A DNA stretch of 64,000 bases from assembly GCA_964628275.1 (NCBI GenBank), contig CAZVOI010000304.1:2892-66891 (forward strand), read 5' to 3'. A program made the translations under genes and the position numbers. The notes under the pieces were generated by a model. The model saw nothing but the letters and a program-made list of their open reading frames with translations. It did no database searches and was not told the DNA's origin. Shown here piece after piece: positions 42,863 through 51,024 of the stretch. Position 1 is the first letter of the stretch. Each line of letters opens with the position of its first letter. The stretch is from an uncultured Acidobacteriota bacterium. GTDB lineage: Bacteria; Acidobacteriota; Vicinamibacteria; Fen-336.

Positions 42863-44886
42863 GGGTTGGTCCCGGTCGCTTCGCGCCCCAGCGTCAGCAC
42901 GCAGGCGGCGCCCGCCTCGATCTCGGTGCCCGCGTCGGGGCTTTGGGCGATCACGCTGCCGGTGCCCTTGAGCTCCACGATCAGGCCGCGGCGGGCGGCG
43001 GCGAGCGCGGCCTCGCGTGCCGGCTTACCACGCAGGTCGGGCATCCGGCCGGGCTCGTCGGCCGCGAGCAACACGGCCTCGGGCACGTAGGCCGCGGGCT
43101 TCGCGGCGCCCGGCTCCGGGATCGTGGAAACGACGCGTAACACGCGGCTCGCGTCGTCGGGCGGCACCGCCAGCTGGCGCAGGGCGCGCTCTGCCACTCG
43201 AGCGAACAGGGGCGCCGCCACGTCGCCGCCCTCGTTCTTCGGCCCCCTGGGCGTGTCGAGCGACGCCAAGACCACGAGCGCCGGCCGCGAAGCTGGCACG
43301 TAGCCGACGAACGACGCCACGTGGTCGATCATCGAGTAGCGGCCGCTGGCGTCGACTTTCTGCGCGGTGCCGGTCTTGCCCGCGACCGTGAACCCGGGAA
43401 TGGCGGAGCGCTTTCCGGTCCCGTCGCGCACGACGCCCTTCAGCAGCTCGGTCAGAACGTCGATCGTTTCAGGTTCCAGCACGCGCCGGATCGCGACCGG
43501 CTTCCATCCCCTCACGGTGCGGCCGCTCTTGTCCTGGATCTCACGCACCACGATCGGCTTCATCAAGTAGCCGCCGTTGGCCACCGCCCCGACCGCCGAC
43601 GCCACTTGCAGCGCGGTCACGCCGATCTCCTGCCCGAAGGAGATCGAGGCCAGCGACAAAGCACTCCATTTGCTGGTCGGCCGCAGGATGCCCGCGGCCT
43701 CGCCCGGCAGATCGACGCCGGTCGGCTGCCCGAAACCGAAGGCGCGCACGTAACGGTTGAAGTTCTCGCGGCCGACACGCTGCGCCACCCGGATCACGCC
43801 GACGTCGCTCGACTTCGAGATCACCTCGCGGAAGCGCAGGTCGTAGTAGGCGTGGTGGTCGTTGATGCGGATGCCGGCGATCTCGATCCCGCCACCGCCG
43901 CAGTCGATGATCTCGTCGGCCGTGACGACCTTCTCCTGGAGCGCCGCCGCGGCGGTGATGACCTTGAAGATGCTGCCCGGCTCGAAGGCGTCGGCCACCG
44001 CGCGGTTCTTCCAGCGCGCGCTCGAATACGCGCCGAAGCGGTTGGGGTTGAAGGTGGGCCTGTTCGCGAGCGCCAGGATCTCACCGGTCTTCGGCTCCAT
44101 CACGACCACGGTTCCGGCGATCGAACCCGTCTCGTCGACGGCCTTCTCGAGCTCGATCTCGGCCGCGTACTGGATCGCCTCGTCGATCGCGAGCACGACC
44201 GAATGGCCCTCGGTGGACGGTTTCTCGATCACCTCCAGCGGGCTGCGGCGCGCGTCGGTGCGCACCACCACCTTGGCGGCGCGACCGCGCATCTCGGAGT
44301 CGAACGCGTACTCGATCCCGCTCATCCCCGAGTTGTCGAGGCCGACGTAGCCGAGCACCTGCGAGAGCAGCTCGCGCTTCGGGTAGTAGCGGCGGTTCTC
44401 GGTGACGAAGCCGATCCCGGGCAGCCCGAGCTCGCGCACCGCCCGCGCGGTGCCCGGATCGACCTTGCGCTTGATCCAGACGAAGGCCCGGTTCTTCTGA
44501 AGCTGGGCCAGGATTTCCTTCTTCCCCGCCGCGTCGGCGCCCAGCGCACGCGCGAGTAACAGCGACACGCCGCGCGGGTCGTCGACTTCCTGCGGCACCG
44601 CGTAGACGCTCTCGGCGTCCACCGAGACCGCGAGCGGCTGGCCCTGGCGATCGAGGATCGCGCCGCGGCGCGGGTCGATGTTGATCGTGCGCTCGCTCTG
44701 GCGGGCCGCCTGTTTCTCGAACGCTGGCCGCGACAGCACCTGGAGCTGGAACAGCCGCACGCCGATGCCGACGGCCCACAGCGATATCGAGAGCGCCACC
44801 AGCATCAAGCGCAGCCGCAGCAGCCGCTCCTCGGCCGAGGGCGGCCGCAGCGTCGCGACGGATGAGACGATCGGGAGCCGGTCCAT
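42859..44886 (-). CDS. ftsI: Division-specific class B penicillin-binding protein (FtsI/PBP3) with a C-terminal PASTA domain
   Basis: 675 aa. N-terminal TM helix, SxxK GSIFKV, KTGTA. The last ~60 aa, MPDLRGKPAREAALAAARRGLIVELKGTGSVIAQSPDAGTEIEAGAACVLTLG, fit the PASTA pattern. Confidence 0.9.
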   Translation of the reverse strand: MDRLPIVSSVATLRPPSAEERLLRLRLMLVALSISLWAVGIGVRLFQLQVLSRPAFEKQAARQSERTINIDPRRGAILDRQGQPLAVSVDAESVYAVPQEVDDPRGVSLLLARALGADAAGKKEILAQLQKNRAFVWIKRKVDPGTARAVRELGLPGIGFVTENRRYYPKRELLSQVLGYVGLDNSGMSGIEYAFDSEMRGRAAKVVVRTDARRSPLEVIEKPSTEGHSVVLAIDEAIQYAAEIELEKAVDETGSIAGTVVVMEPKTGEILALANRPTFNPNRFGAYSSARWKNRAVADAFEPGSIFKVITAAAALQEKVVTADEIIDCGGGGIEIAGIRINDHHAYYDLRFREVISKSSDVGVIRVAQRVGRENFNRYVRAFGFGQPTGVDLPGEAAGILRPTSKWSALSLASISFGQEIGVTALQVASAVGAVANGGYLMKPIVVREIQDKSGRTVRGWKPVAIRRVLEPETIDVLTELLKGVVRDGTGKRSAIPGFTVAGKTGTAQKVDASGRYSMIDHVASFVGYVPASRPALVVLASLDTPRGPKNEGGDVAAPLFARVAERALRQLAVPPDDASRVLRVVSTIPEPGAAKPAAYVPEAVLLAADEPGRMPDLRGKPAREAALAAARRGLIVELKGTGSVIAQSPDAGTEIEAGAACVLTLGREATGTNP

Positions 44887-45278
44887 TAGTGGCGCTCGTC
44901 CTTGCGCGGGGAGCGGCTCGCGTTTTCGCTGCGCGCGACGCGTGCGCCATCGGGCGGCGCCTCGGGCTTTTCGACGACCAGGGTTCGCTCCGGCGCCGGC
45001 GGGCTCATCCCGAGCTCCTTGGTCGCGATCGATTCGACCCGGCGCAGGTTCTCGAGCGCGGCCTTCTCGAGCCTGAGCTTGCGGTTCTGCTCGGTCAGCC
45101 GCTCCTTCTCGCGGTTCATCTTCTCGGTGGCCATGCCGGTCTGCCGCACCTGTAGATGCGGCCAGGCGTAGAGCACGAGCCCGACCACCAGCACCGCCAC
45201 CAGCACCAACAGCGAGATCAGGTCGCGGAAGGAGCGCGGATCGACCTCGCGGACGACCTGCGAGTTGTCGACCTTCAC
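44886..45278 (-). CDS. ftsL: Cell division protein FtsL
   Basis: The GTG at 45278 overlaps the rsmH TGA (GTGA). 130 aa with one TM helix (LISLLVLVAVLVVGLVLYAW) followed by a leucine-zipper-like coiled coil. The TAA overlaps the ftsI ATG. Only the last 130 codons of the 382-aa track ORF are used. Confidence 0.65.
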   Translation of the reverse strand: MKVDNSQVVREVDPRSFRDLISLLVLVAVLVVGLVLYAWPHLQVRQTGMATEKMNREKERLTEQNRKLRLEKAALENLRRVESIATKELGMSPPAPERTLVVEKPEAPPDGARVARSENASRSPRKDERH

Positions 45279-46156
45279 GCGGCGACTCCGACGCGCCCGA
45301 TGGCGCGCAGCTTTGCGCTTCGCGAACGCGGGTTCTCTCGGACTTCGGCGGCGCCGGGGACGAGCGGCTTTTTCGTGAGCACGGCGAACTCCGGGCCGGC
45401 GAGCGCGCGGAAGGCCTGCTTGACCTCGCGGTCTTCCAGGCTGTGGAAGGCGATCACCACCAGCCGACCGCCGGGCGTCAGGCAGCGCGCGATCTTCTGG
45501 AATGCCGCACCCAGGCCTTCGAGCTCGCGGTTCACGAACAGGCGGAGCGCCTGAAAGCTGCGCGTCGCGCTGTCGATGCCGTGCGGCACTCGGCCGATGG
45601 CGCGCCGGACCACTTGCGCGAGCGCGGCTGTCGTCTCGAGCGGCGTCCTGTCGCGGGCCTGGACAATCGCCCGAGCGACTTTGCGGGAGCGACGCTCCTC
45701 TCCGAGCGTGAACAGCACGTCCGCGAGCTCGTTTTCGGGGATGTTCCGCAGGACCTCGGCCGCCGTCTGTCCCTGGCTCCGGTCCATGCGCATGTCGAGC
45801 GGGCCGTCGTTCCGGAAACTGAAGCCGCGCTCGGCGACGTCGAACTGCAGCGAGCTCACGCCCATGTCGAGCAAGACACCGTCGGGGCGCGTGGCCCCGA
45901 GCCGCTCGGGGAGCGCGCGCCAATCGTCGTGAGCGAAAGCGACGCGGGTGCCGAATCGTTCCAGGCGCGCGCGCGCGAGCCGGAGCGCGTCTTCGTCGCG
46001 GTCGATGGCGAGAAGGCTTCCGTCGGGGGCGCATCGATCGAGGACCGCCTCAGCATGGCCGCCGAGGCCCAGGGTGCCGTCGACGTAGAAGCCGCCCGGC
46101 CTCACCACTAGCAGCTCCAACGCCTCTGCCAGCAGCACCGGAACGTGGGTCGCCAC
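45275..46156 (-). CDS. rsmH: 16S rRNA (cytosine1402-N4)-methyltransferase
   Basis: Motifs HVPVLLAEALELL, DGTLGLGGHAEAVL, DMGVSSLQFD. The GTG at 46156 lies 1 nt after the mraZ stop. The track start at 46288 would overlap mraZ. Confidence 0.9.
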   Translation of the reverse strand: MATHVPVLLAEALELLVVRPGGFYVDGTLGLGGHAEAVLDRCAPDGSLLAIDRDEDALRLARARLERFGTRVAFAHDDWRALPERLGATRPDGVLLDMGVSSLQFDVAERGFSFRNDGPLDMRMDRSQGQTAAEVLRNIPENELADVLFTLGEERRSRKVARAIVQARDRTPLETTAALAQVVRRAIGRVPHGIDSATRSFQALRLFVNRELEGLGAAFQKIARCLTPGGRLVVIAFHSLEDREVKQAFRALAGPEFAVLTKKPLVPGAAEVRENPRSRSAKLRAIGRVGVAA

Positions 46157-46157
46157 A

Positions 46158-46601
46158 TCAGATCCCGTACTCCGCGAGCGCGCGGCCGTCGTCTTCGGTG
46201 AACGGCTCCTTCTTGAACAGGCGCTCCTGAAGCCGCTTCTGGTTCCAGACGGCGAGGTGGTTCTGCAAACCGAGCACGCTGACGTCACCCGCCATGGCCG
46301 CGGGCTCCCGCAGGATCTGGGGCAGCACTACGCGGCCTTGCTTGTCCATCGTCACGACCTGGCCGAAGAAGTTGACGCGATCCAGGAAACGCTGCTTGGC
46401 GGGGCTCGCCGACGGAACCGCCGCCAGCTTTCTCTCGATCTCGAGCCACACCGGCAGCGGATAGACCCGGACGTACTCGCCCGTCACGCTCGTGACGTAT
46501 AGGTCCAAGCCGAACTGCGCCTCCACCACCACGCGGAAGCCGTTGGGAATCTTGAGCCTGCCCTTGGCGTCAACCCGGGTCGGATGGTTCCCGCGAAGCA
46601 T
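46158..46601 (-). CDS. mraZ: MraZ paralog 2 (transcriptional regulator, two SpoVT/AbrB-like halves)
   Basis: Starts MLRGNHPTRVDAKGRLKIPNGFR. The second half is MDKQGRVVLPQIL. ATG at 46601 (TTG at 46604 in the track). Confidence 0.85.
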   Translation of the reverse strand: MLRGNHPTRVDAKGRLKIPNGFRVVVEAQFGLDLYVTSVTGEYVRVYPLPVWLEIERKLAAVPSASPAKQRFLDRVNFFGQVVTMDKQGRVVLPQILREPAAMAGDVSVLGLQNHLAVWNQKRLQERLFKKEPFTEDDGRALAEYGI

Positions 46602-46608
46602 CAATTAG

Positions 46609-46632
46609 CCACTTTTGTCCACAGAAAGCCAC
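46609..46632 (-). promoter_or_regulatory. Three GTGG direct repeats at exact 10-bp phasing (candidate MraZ operator) abutting the mraZ-2 start
   Basis: The minus strand reads GTGGC-tttct-GTGGA-caaaa-GTGGC-taattg-ATG. CCAC occurs at 46609, 46619 and 46629 on the plus strand. Confidence 0.45.
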
Positions 46633-46685
46633 GCTGAGTGTAGAGGCCTGACAGAGAGGGTGTCAAGGCGAAAGCGCACGTGCGG

Positions 46686-47171
46686 CTAGGGTTCGGCTGT
46701 GGATCCCGGTCCGGAAGGGGTCGTCTTCGCGCGTTCGGGGAGCGGCCACGAGAGGTCAAGGGTCATTTCATCGAGGAGGCGTTCGGAGTCACGCAAAAAA
46801 TCCGTCCAGGTGTCCGGCGCCCAGACCTCGATGCGGTCGAGGGCGCCCACCACGGTCGCCTCCCGCTTGAGGCCCACGACCCCGCGCAGAGCGGGTGGAA
46901 TCAGAACGCGTCCTTGGGTGTCGACGCCACAATCGGCGGCTTGGCTCGCCAGGTGGCGGGTCAGCGCCTTCGTCTGTTTGGCGAAGGCCGGCAGCCGCCG
47001 GAGCTGGGTTTCGAGGCGCTGCCATTCGCTCTCGCTGTAGAGTGCGACGCAGCCGTCGAGGCGCGTGGCGACCAGAGCGCTGCCCTGCGACCCGAGCGCC
47101 TTCCGAAACGCCGGCGGCAGCGGCAGGCGGCCCTTCGCGTCGATTTTGTACCGATAACTCCCTTTGAACAC
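46686..47171 (-). CDS. mraZ: MraZ paralog 1 (first gene of the dcw cluster)
   Basis: GTG start. Starts MFKGSYRYKIDAKGRLPLPPAFR. The second half is VDTQGRVLIPPALR. 161 aa. Confidence 0.88.
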   Translation of the reverse strand: MFKGSYRYKIDAKGRLPLPPAFRKALGSQGSALVATRLDGCVALYSESEWQRLETQLRRLPAFAKQTKALTRHLASQAADCGVDTQGRVLIPPALRGVVGLKREATVVGALDRIEVWAPDTWTDFLRDSERLLDEMTLDLSWPLPERAKTTPSGPGSTAEP

Positions 47172-47186
47172 AGCGAGCTAGGAGTC

Positions 47187-47224
47187 TTCCACAGATTCTT
47201 CCACTTTTCCACACCTTACCCCAC
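47187..47224 (-). promoter_or_regulatory. Four GTGG(A/G)(A/G) direct repeats (candidate MraZ operator / Pmra region) upstream of mraZ-1
   Basis: The minus strand reads GTGGGG-taaggt-GTGGAA-aa-GTGGAA-gaatct-GTGGAA. Repeat starts are spaced 12, 8 and 12 nt. Lies in the 67-nt divergent spacer shared with folC. Confidence 0.4.
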
Positions 47225-47238
47225 CAGGGCGAACTGGT

Positions 47239-48570
47239 ATGCTCCGCGGCCTTCGCGATATGCGGCACCGAACTCCGATCCGTGGCGCAGCGCATGCCTA
47301 TCTCTCGGCCCGCAGCGAGATCGGGAAGCGCTTCGGGCTCGAAGGCACTCGCGAGCTTCTGGCCGCGCTCGGTCACCCGGAACGCGCATGCCCCACGCTG
47401 CTGATCGCGGGCACGAACGGCAAGGGCTCGGTGGCGGCGTACGTCAGCCATGCTCTCCGCGCTTCGGGCCTGCACGTCGGCCTCTACACGTCTCCGCACC
47501 TGGTGCGCGTCCACGAACGCATCGTCGTCGACGGGCGCCCGATCGGTCCCTTTGCCCTCGATCGTTGGATCGCACGCATCCGTGATCGCGCCCAGGGCCT
47601 ACTGGAGAAAGGCCGGATCCCCGAACTGCCCACCTACTTCGAGGCCCTCACCGCGGCGGCGTTCGAGCATTTCCGCGAACGACGCGTGGACGTGGCCGTG
47701 CTCGAGGTTGGCCTCGGCGGCCGCCTCGACGCGACCAACCTCAGCCAGCCCCTGGCTTCGGCGATCGTAAGCATCGACTTCGACCACGAGTCATTCCTGG
47801 GCCGGACGCTGGGCCGGATTGCGAGAGAGAAAGCGGGCGTCGCCCGTCGCGGCCGGACGCTCGTGATCGGCGCGATGCGGTCGGAAGCTCGGCGAGTGAT
47901 CAGCGCCGTCGCGCGCGCGCTGCACGCGCGGCTGGTGGACGCCACGCAGGGCACGACCATCGTGGAGTCCGCGCGTGACGTGTCGGTGACGACCTCGCGG
48001 GCACGCTACGCCGGCCTGCATCCGTTGAGGGGCGCGCATCAACGCTCGAATCTGGTCGTGGCGCTCGCTCTCATCGAAGCCGCCAAGGCGGCCGGCCTCC
48101 GGTTTCGGTTCGACCCGGAACGGATCCGCCTCGGCATCAACCGCACGCGCTGGCCCGGCCGGCTGCAGATGGTTACGGGGCGGCCGGCGCTCTTGCTCGA
48201 CGGAGCGCACAACCCCGCCGGCGCGCGCGCTCTCGCCGAGTACTTGCGAACGCTCCCTGCGTTCGTGCTGCTCTTCGGCGTGATGCGCGACAAGGACGTG
48301 GCCGTGCTCGGCCGGACGCTGTTTCCGCTCGCGCGCCACGTCGTCGTCACGCAGCCGGTCTCCGCGCGAGCTGCGACGCCTCGCGAGATCCAGGAACGCG
48401 TGGGCCCGCTGGCGCGGCGCGCCCAGCGCGAAGCCGACCCGCGCCGGGCCCTGGCGTTGGCGCGGCGGCTCGCGGGACCTGGCGGGCTGGTTGTCGTCGC
48501 CGGCAGTCTCTATCTCGTGGGCGAAGCGCTGCGGCTCCGCGAACGACAGCATCGGCCCGCGCACCCTTAG
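47239..48570 (+). CDS. folC: Bifunctional folylpolyglutamate synthase / dihydrofolate synthase
   Basis: 443 aa. P-loop IAGTNGKGS. Mur-ligase-like middle and C-terminal domains. Confidence 0.88.
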   Translation: MLRGLRDMRHRTPIRGAAHAYLSARSEIGKRFGLEGTRELLAALGHPERACPTLLIAGTNGKGSVAAYVSHALRASGLHVGLYTSPHLVRVHERIVVDGRPIGPFALDRWIARIRDRAQGLLEKGRIPELPTYFEALTAAAFEHFRERRVDVAVLEVGLGGRLDATNLSQPLASAIVSIDFDHESFLGRTLGRIAREKAGVARRGRTLVIGAMRSEARRVISAVARALHARLVDATQGTTIVESARDVSVTTSRARYAGLHPLRGAHQRSNLVVALALIEAAKAAGLRFRFDPERIRLGINRTRWPGRLQMVTGRPALLLDGAHNPAGARALAEYLRTLPAFVLLFGVMRDKDVAVLGRTLFPLARHVVVTQPVSARAATPREIQERVGPLARRAQREADPRRALALARRLAGPGGLVVVAGSLYLVGEALRLRERQHRPAHP

Positions 48571-48579
48571 AATCTGGAC

Positions 48580-49740
48580 GTGAGCAGCCTCTCGCCGGAC
48601 GTGCTGTCGCTGCGCAAGTCCCTGATCGCGCTGCGCCGCGAGATACATCAGCACCCGGAGCTGGCCTACCAGGAAACCGAAACCGCGGCGCGGATCGCGC
48701 GTTACCTCGAGGGCAGCGGGCTCACGCTGCGCACCGGTCTCGCGGGAACCGGCGTCGTTGCCGACACCGCCACCCGGTCGGGACGGCGCGTGCTGCTACG
48801 CGTGGACATGGACGGCTTACCGATCCAGGAAGAGACGCAGGCTCCGTACGCATCGAAGCTGGCGGGCGCGATGCACGCCTGCGGCCACGACGGCCACGCC
48901 GCGATCGGCGCGGCGGCGGCGCGGGTTCTCGCCGGACGAACGCTCGCGGGCAGCGCGCGCGTGCTCTTCCAACCGGCGGAAGAAGGCGACGGCGGCGCGC
49001 AGGCGATGCTCGCGCACGGGGTCCTCGACGGCGTCGACGCCGTGATCGGCATCCATCTCTGGAACGAGCTGCCGGTGGGAACGCTGGGCGTCAAGGCGGG
49101 GCCGCTGATGGCCGCGGTGGACCGGCTGAAGATCGTCGTGCATGGCCGCGGCGGCCACGGCGGCCAGCCGCAGCGCGCCAAGGATCCGATCGTGGCGGCG
49201 GCGCACGTGGTGACAGCGCTGCAGACGATCGTGGCGCGTGAGGTATCGCCGGCGGCCGCGGCGGTCGTCACGCTCGGGTCGATCCACGGTGGCGACGCGT
49301 TCAACGTAATCCCGGACAGTGTGACGATCACCGGCACGCTGCGCACGTTCGACCCGGAGCTGCGGGGTTCGCTGCCCGAGCGCATCGAGAGAATCGCAGC
49401 CGGCGTCGGCTCGGGCCTCGGCTGCAGAGTCGAAGTCGAGGTGAAGCGCGGCAACCCGCCGGTGATCAACGACGCCGGCATCGCCGCGATCGCGCGGCGC
49501 GCGGCGGTGGCTGTCGTCGGCGAAGAGAGGACGGTCTCGCCCGAGCCCACGATGGGCGGCGAGGACATGGCCATCTACTTCGATCGCGTGCCGGGCTGCT
49601 TCGTGTTCGTGGGCTCGGCCAACGCCGCGCAGGGCAAGAGCGAGCCTCACCACAGCCCGCGCTTCGACTTCGACGAAGACGCGCTGGCGATCGGCTGCGA
49701 GTTCCTGGTGCGTGCCGCGGAAGAGGCGCTCAGGGGTTGA
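48580..49740 (+). CDS. M20/M25/M40 family amidohydrolase (N-acyl-L-amino acid amidohydrolase / hippurate hydrolase type)
   Basis: 386 aa, GTG start. Motifs LRREIHQHPELAYQE, MHACGHDGH, FQPAEEG. Confidence 0.85.
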   Translation: MSSLSPDVLSLRKSLIALRREIHQHPELAYQETETAARIARYLEGSGLTLRTGLAGTGVVADTATRSGRRVLLRVDMDGLPIQEETQAPYASKLAGAMHACGHDGHAAIGAAAARVLAGRTLAGSARVLFQPAEEGDGGAQAMLAHGVLDGVDAVIGIHLWNELPVGTLGVKAGPLMAAVDRLKIVVHGRGGHGGQPQRAKDPIVAAAHVVTALQTIVAREVSPAAAAVVTLGSIHGGDAFNVIPDSVTITGTLRTFDPELRGSLPERIERIAAGVGSGLGCRVEVEVKRGNPPVINDAGIAAIARRAAVAVVGEERTVSPEPTMGGEDMAIYFDRVPGCFVFVGSANAAQGKSEPHHSPRFDFDEDALAIGCEFLVRAAEEALRG

Positions 49741-51010
49741 AGCTGAGGCGCGCCCCGAGCAGCAGGCCGTCGATCCCGAAGTCGTCGTAGTTCGACTGGC
49801 GCTCGCTGTAGTTGGCGATCAGCCCGAGCCGGAGCTTTCTGAAGATCTCGAAGCCGAGGTCCGCGTCCGCGCGGTAGAACTTGTCGTCCCGCTTCAGCAC
49901 CTGGGGGTCGTCGCGGCCCCCGACGATCACCGGCGTGTTGTTGCCGAGCCGGCTCAGCTCGCCGGTCAGTCGGAGGTCGATCCGGCGGTTGAAGCGGCGG
50001 TTGAAGAAGGCGGTGGTGCGCTGGTCCCTGTAGAGCGGAAGCTCCAGGCTGGCGCTCGCGAAGGCCGAGTAGTTCGAGTCGAGATGGAACGTGCCGCCGA
50101 GCTGCGTCTTGATACCGATGAACCACGTGATGTTCGCATCGGTCCAGGGCCGCGTCAGGTTCCCGCGAATGCCGACCTTGGGTCGGATCAAACGCACGCC
50201 GCCCACGGCGCGGCCGGAGAGCCGGGTGGAGGATTTCAGCTCGAAGCCTCCGCCGAGGCGGTTGGAGTCGGCGTCGCGGGTTCGGGCGCTCTGGAAGCGG
50301 TCCCACTGTTGGTCGCCCAACAGCAGGAAGTCGGTCTTGGGCGTCAGGCCGTACTTAACTTCCAGAGTCGCCGTGTAGATCTTGTAGGTCAGCGCCGGAC
50401 GCAGGTCGGTGCCCAGATAGCTCGTGTCCTCCACCAGCTCGCTGTTGTTTATTGTGAAGTACGGGTTGATGCGCAGCCGGCCGCCGGCCGCGAAGTTCAG
50501 ATACGCCCGGTCCTGCCATTCGTCGCGCAGCACGCGCTGGTCGATCTCGATGTTCGGCCGCCGATACGTGCGCACGAAGTAGCGGGAGGCGCCGAGGCTG
50601 AACCCGCCCGCGATCCAATCGAACCCGCCGCCGGCGCGCCCGCCGAAGTGGCGCTGCTCGACGGTCTTGGCGAACCAGTAGTAGTCGGCGGCGGCGTCGA
50701 CGTAGAAGCGCACCCGGCCGGCCGGCAGCGTCACCTTCAAGCCCGGCCCGCCGCTGGCGACCACGTCGGTGCGGCGGTTTCCCTCCAGGTCGTAGAAGAC
50801 GTTGGTGTCGAGCGCGATCTCGCCGATCCTCATGTACGGGGCGAACTCGAACGGCCCTGCGCGGAAGCGGAGCTGGTCGGTCACGGTGCCACCCACGGGC
50901 CCTCCCGGGCTCGGCGGCCCCGCGACGCCCGGGCTTTGCGCTGAGAGGGTCCCGCCGCTCAGAAGGGCGAGACACACGAGGCCGGCGAGCCGAATCCGAG
51001 GGTCGAGCAC
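49730..51010 (-). CDS. Putative outer-membrane beta-barrel protein
   Basis: The GTG at 51010, 14 nt after the upstream stop, gives signal peptide (M)LDPRIRLAGLVCLALLSGGTLSAQS. Alternating-hydrophobic beta strands rich in Y/F/G/R run throughout. The rest of the 548-aa track ORF overlaps the upstream gene and is not counted. Confidence 0.5.
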   Translation of the reverse strand: MLDPRIRLAGLVCLALLSGGTLSAQSPGVAGPPSPGGPVGGTVTDQLRFRAGPFEFAPYMRIGEIALDTNVFYDLEGNRRTDVVASGGPGLKVTLPAGRVRFYVDAAADYYWFAKTVEQRHFGGRAGGGFDWIAGGFSLGASRYFVRTYRRPNIEIDQRVLRDEWQDRAYLNFAAGGRLRINPYFTINNSELVEDTSYLGTDLRPALTYKIYTATLEVKYGLTPKTDFLLLGDQQWDRFQSARTRDADSNRLGGGFELKSSTRLSGRAVGGVRLIRPKVGIRGNLTRPWTDANITWFIGIKTQLGGTFHLDSNYSAFASASLELPLYRDQRTTAFFNRRFNRRIDLRLTGELSRLGNNTPVIVGGRDDPQVLKRDDKFYRADADLGFEIFRKLRLGLIANYSERQSNYDDFGIDGLLLGARLSFNP

Positions 51011-51024
51011 CTTCGGCCGTGATT

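Noticed and set aside
45279-46034. Upstream 252 codons of the 382-aa track ORF 44886-46034.
   Set aside because: This part overlaps rsmH out of frame and is Arg/Pro-rich. Only the last 130 codons (FtsL, one TM helix plus a coiled coil) look real.
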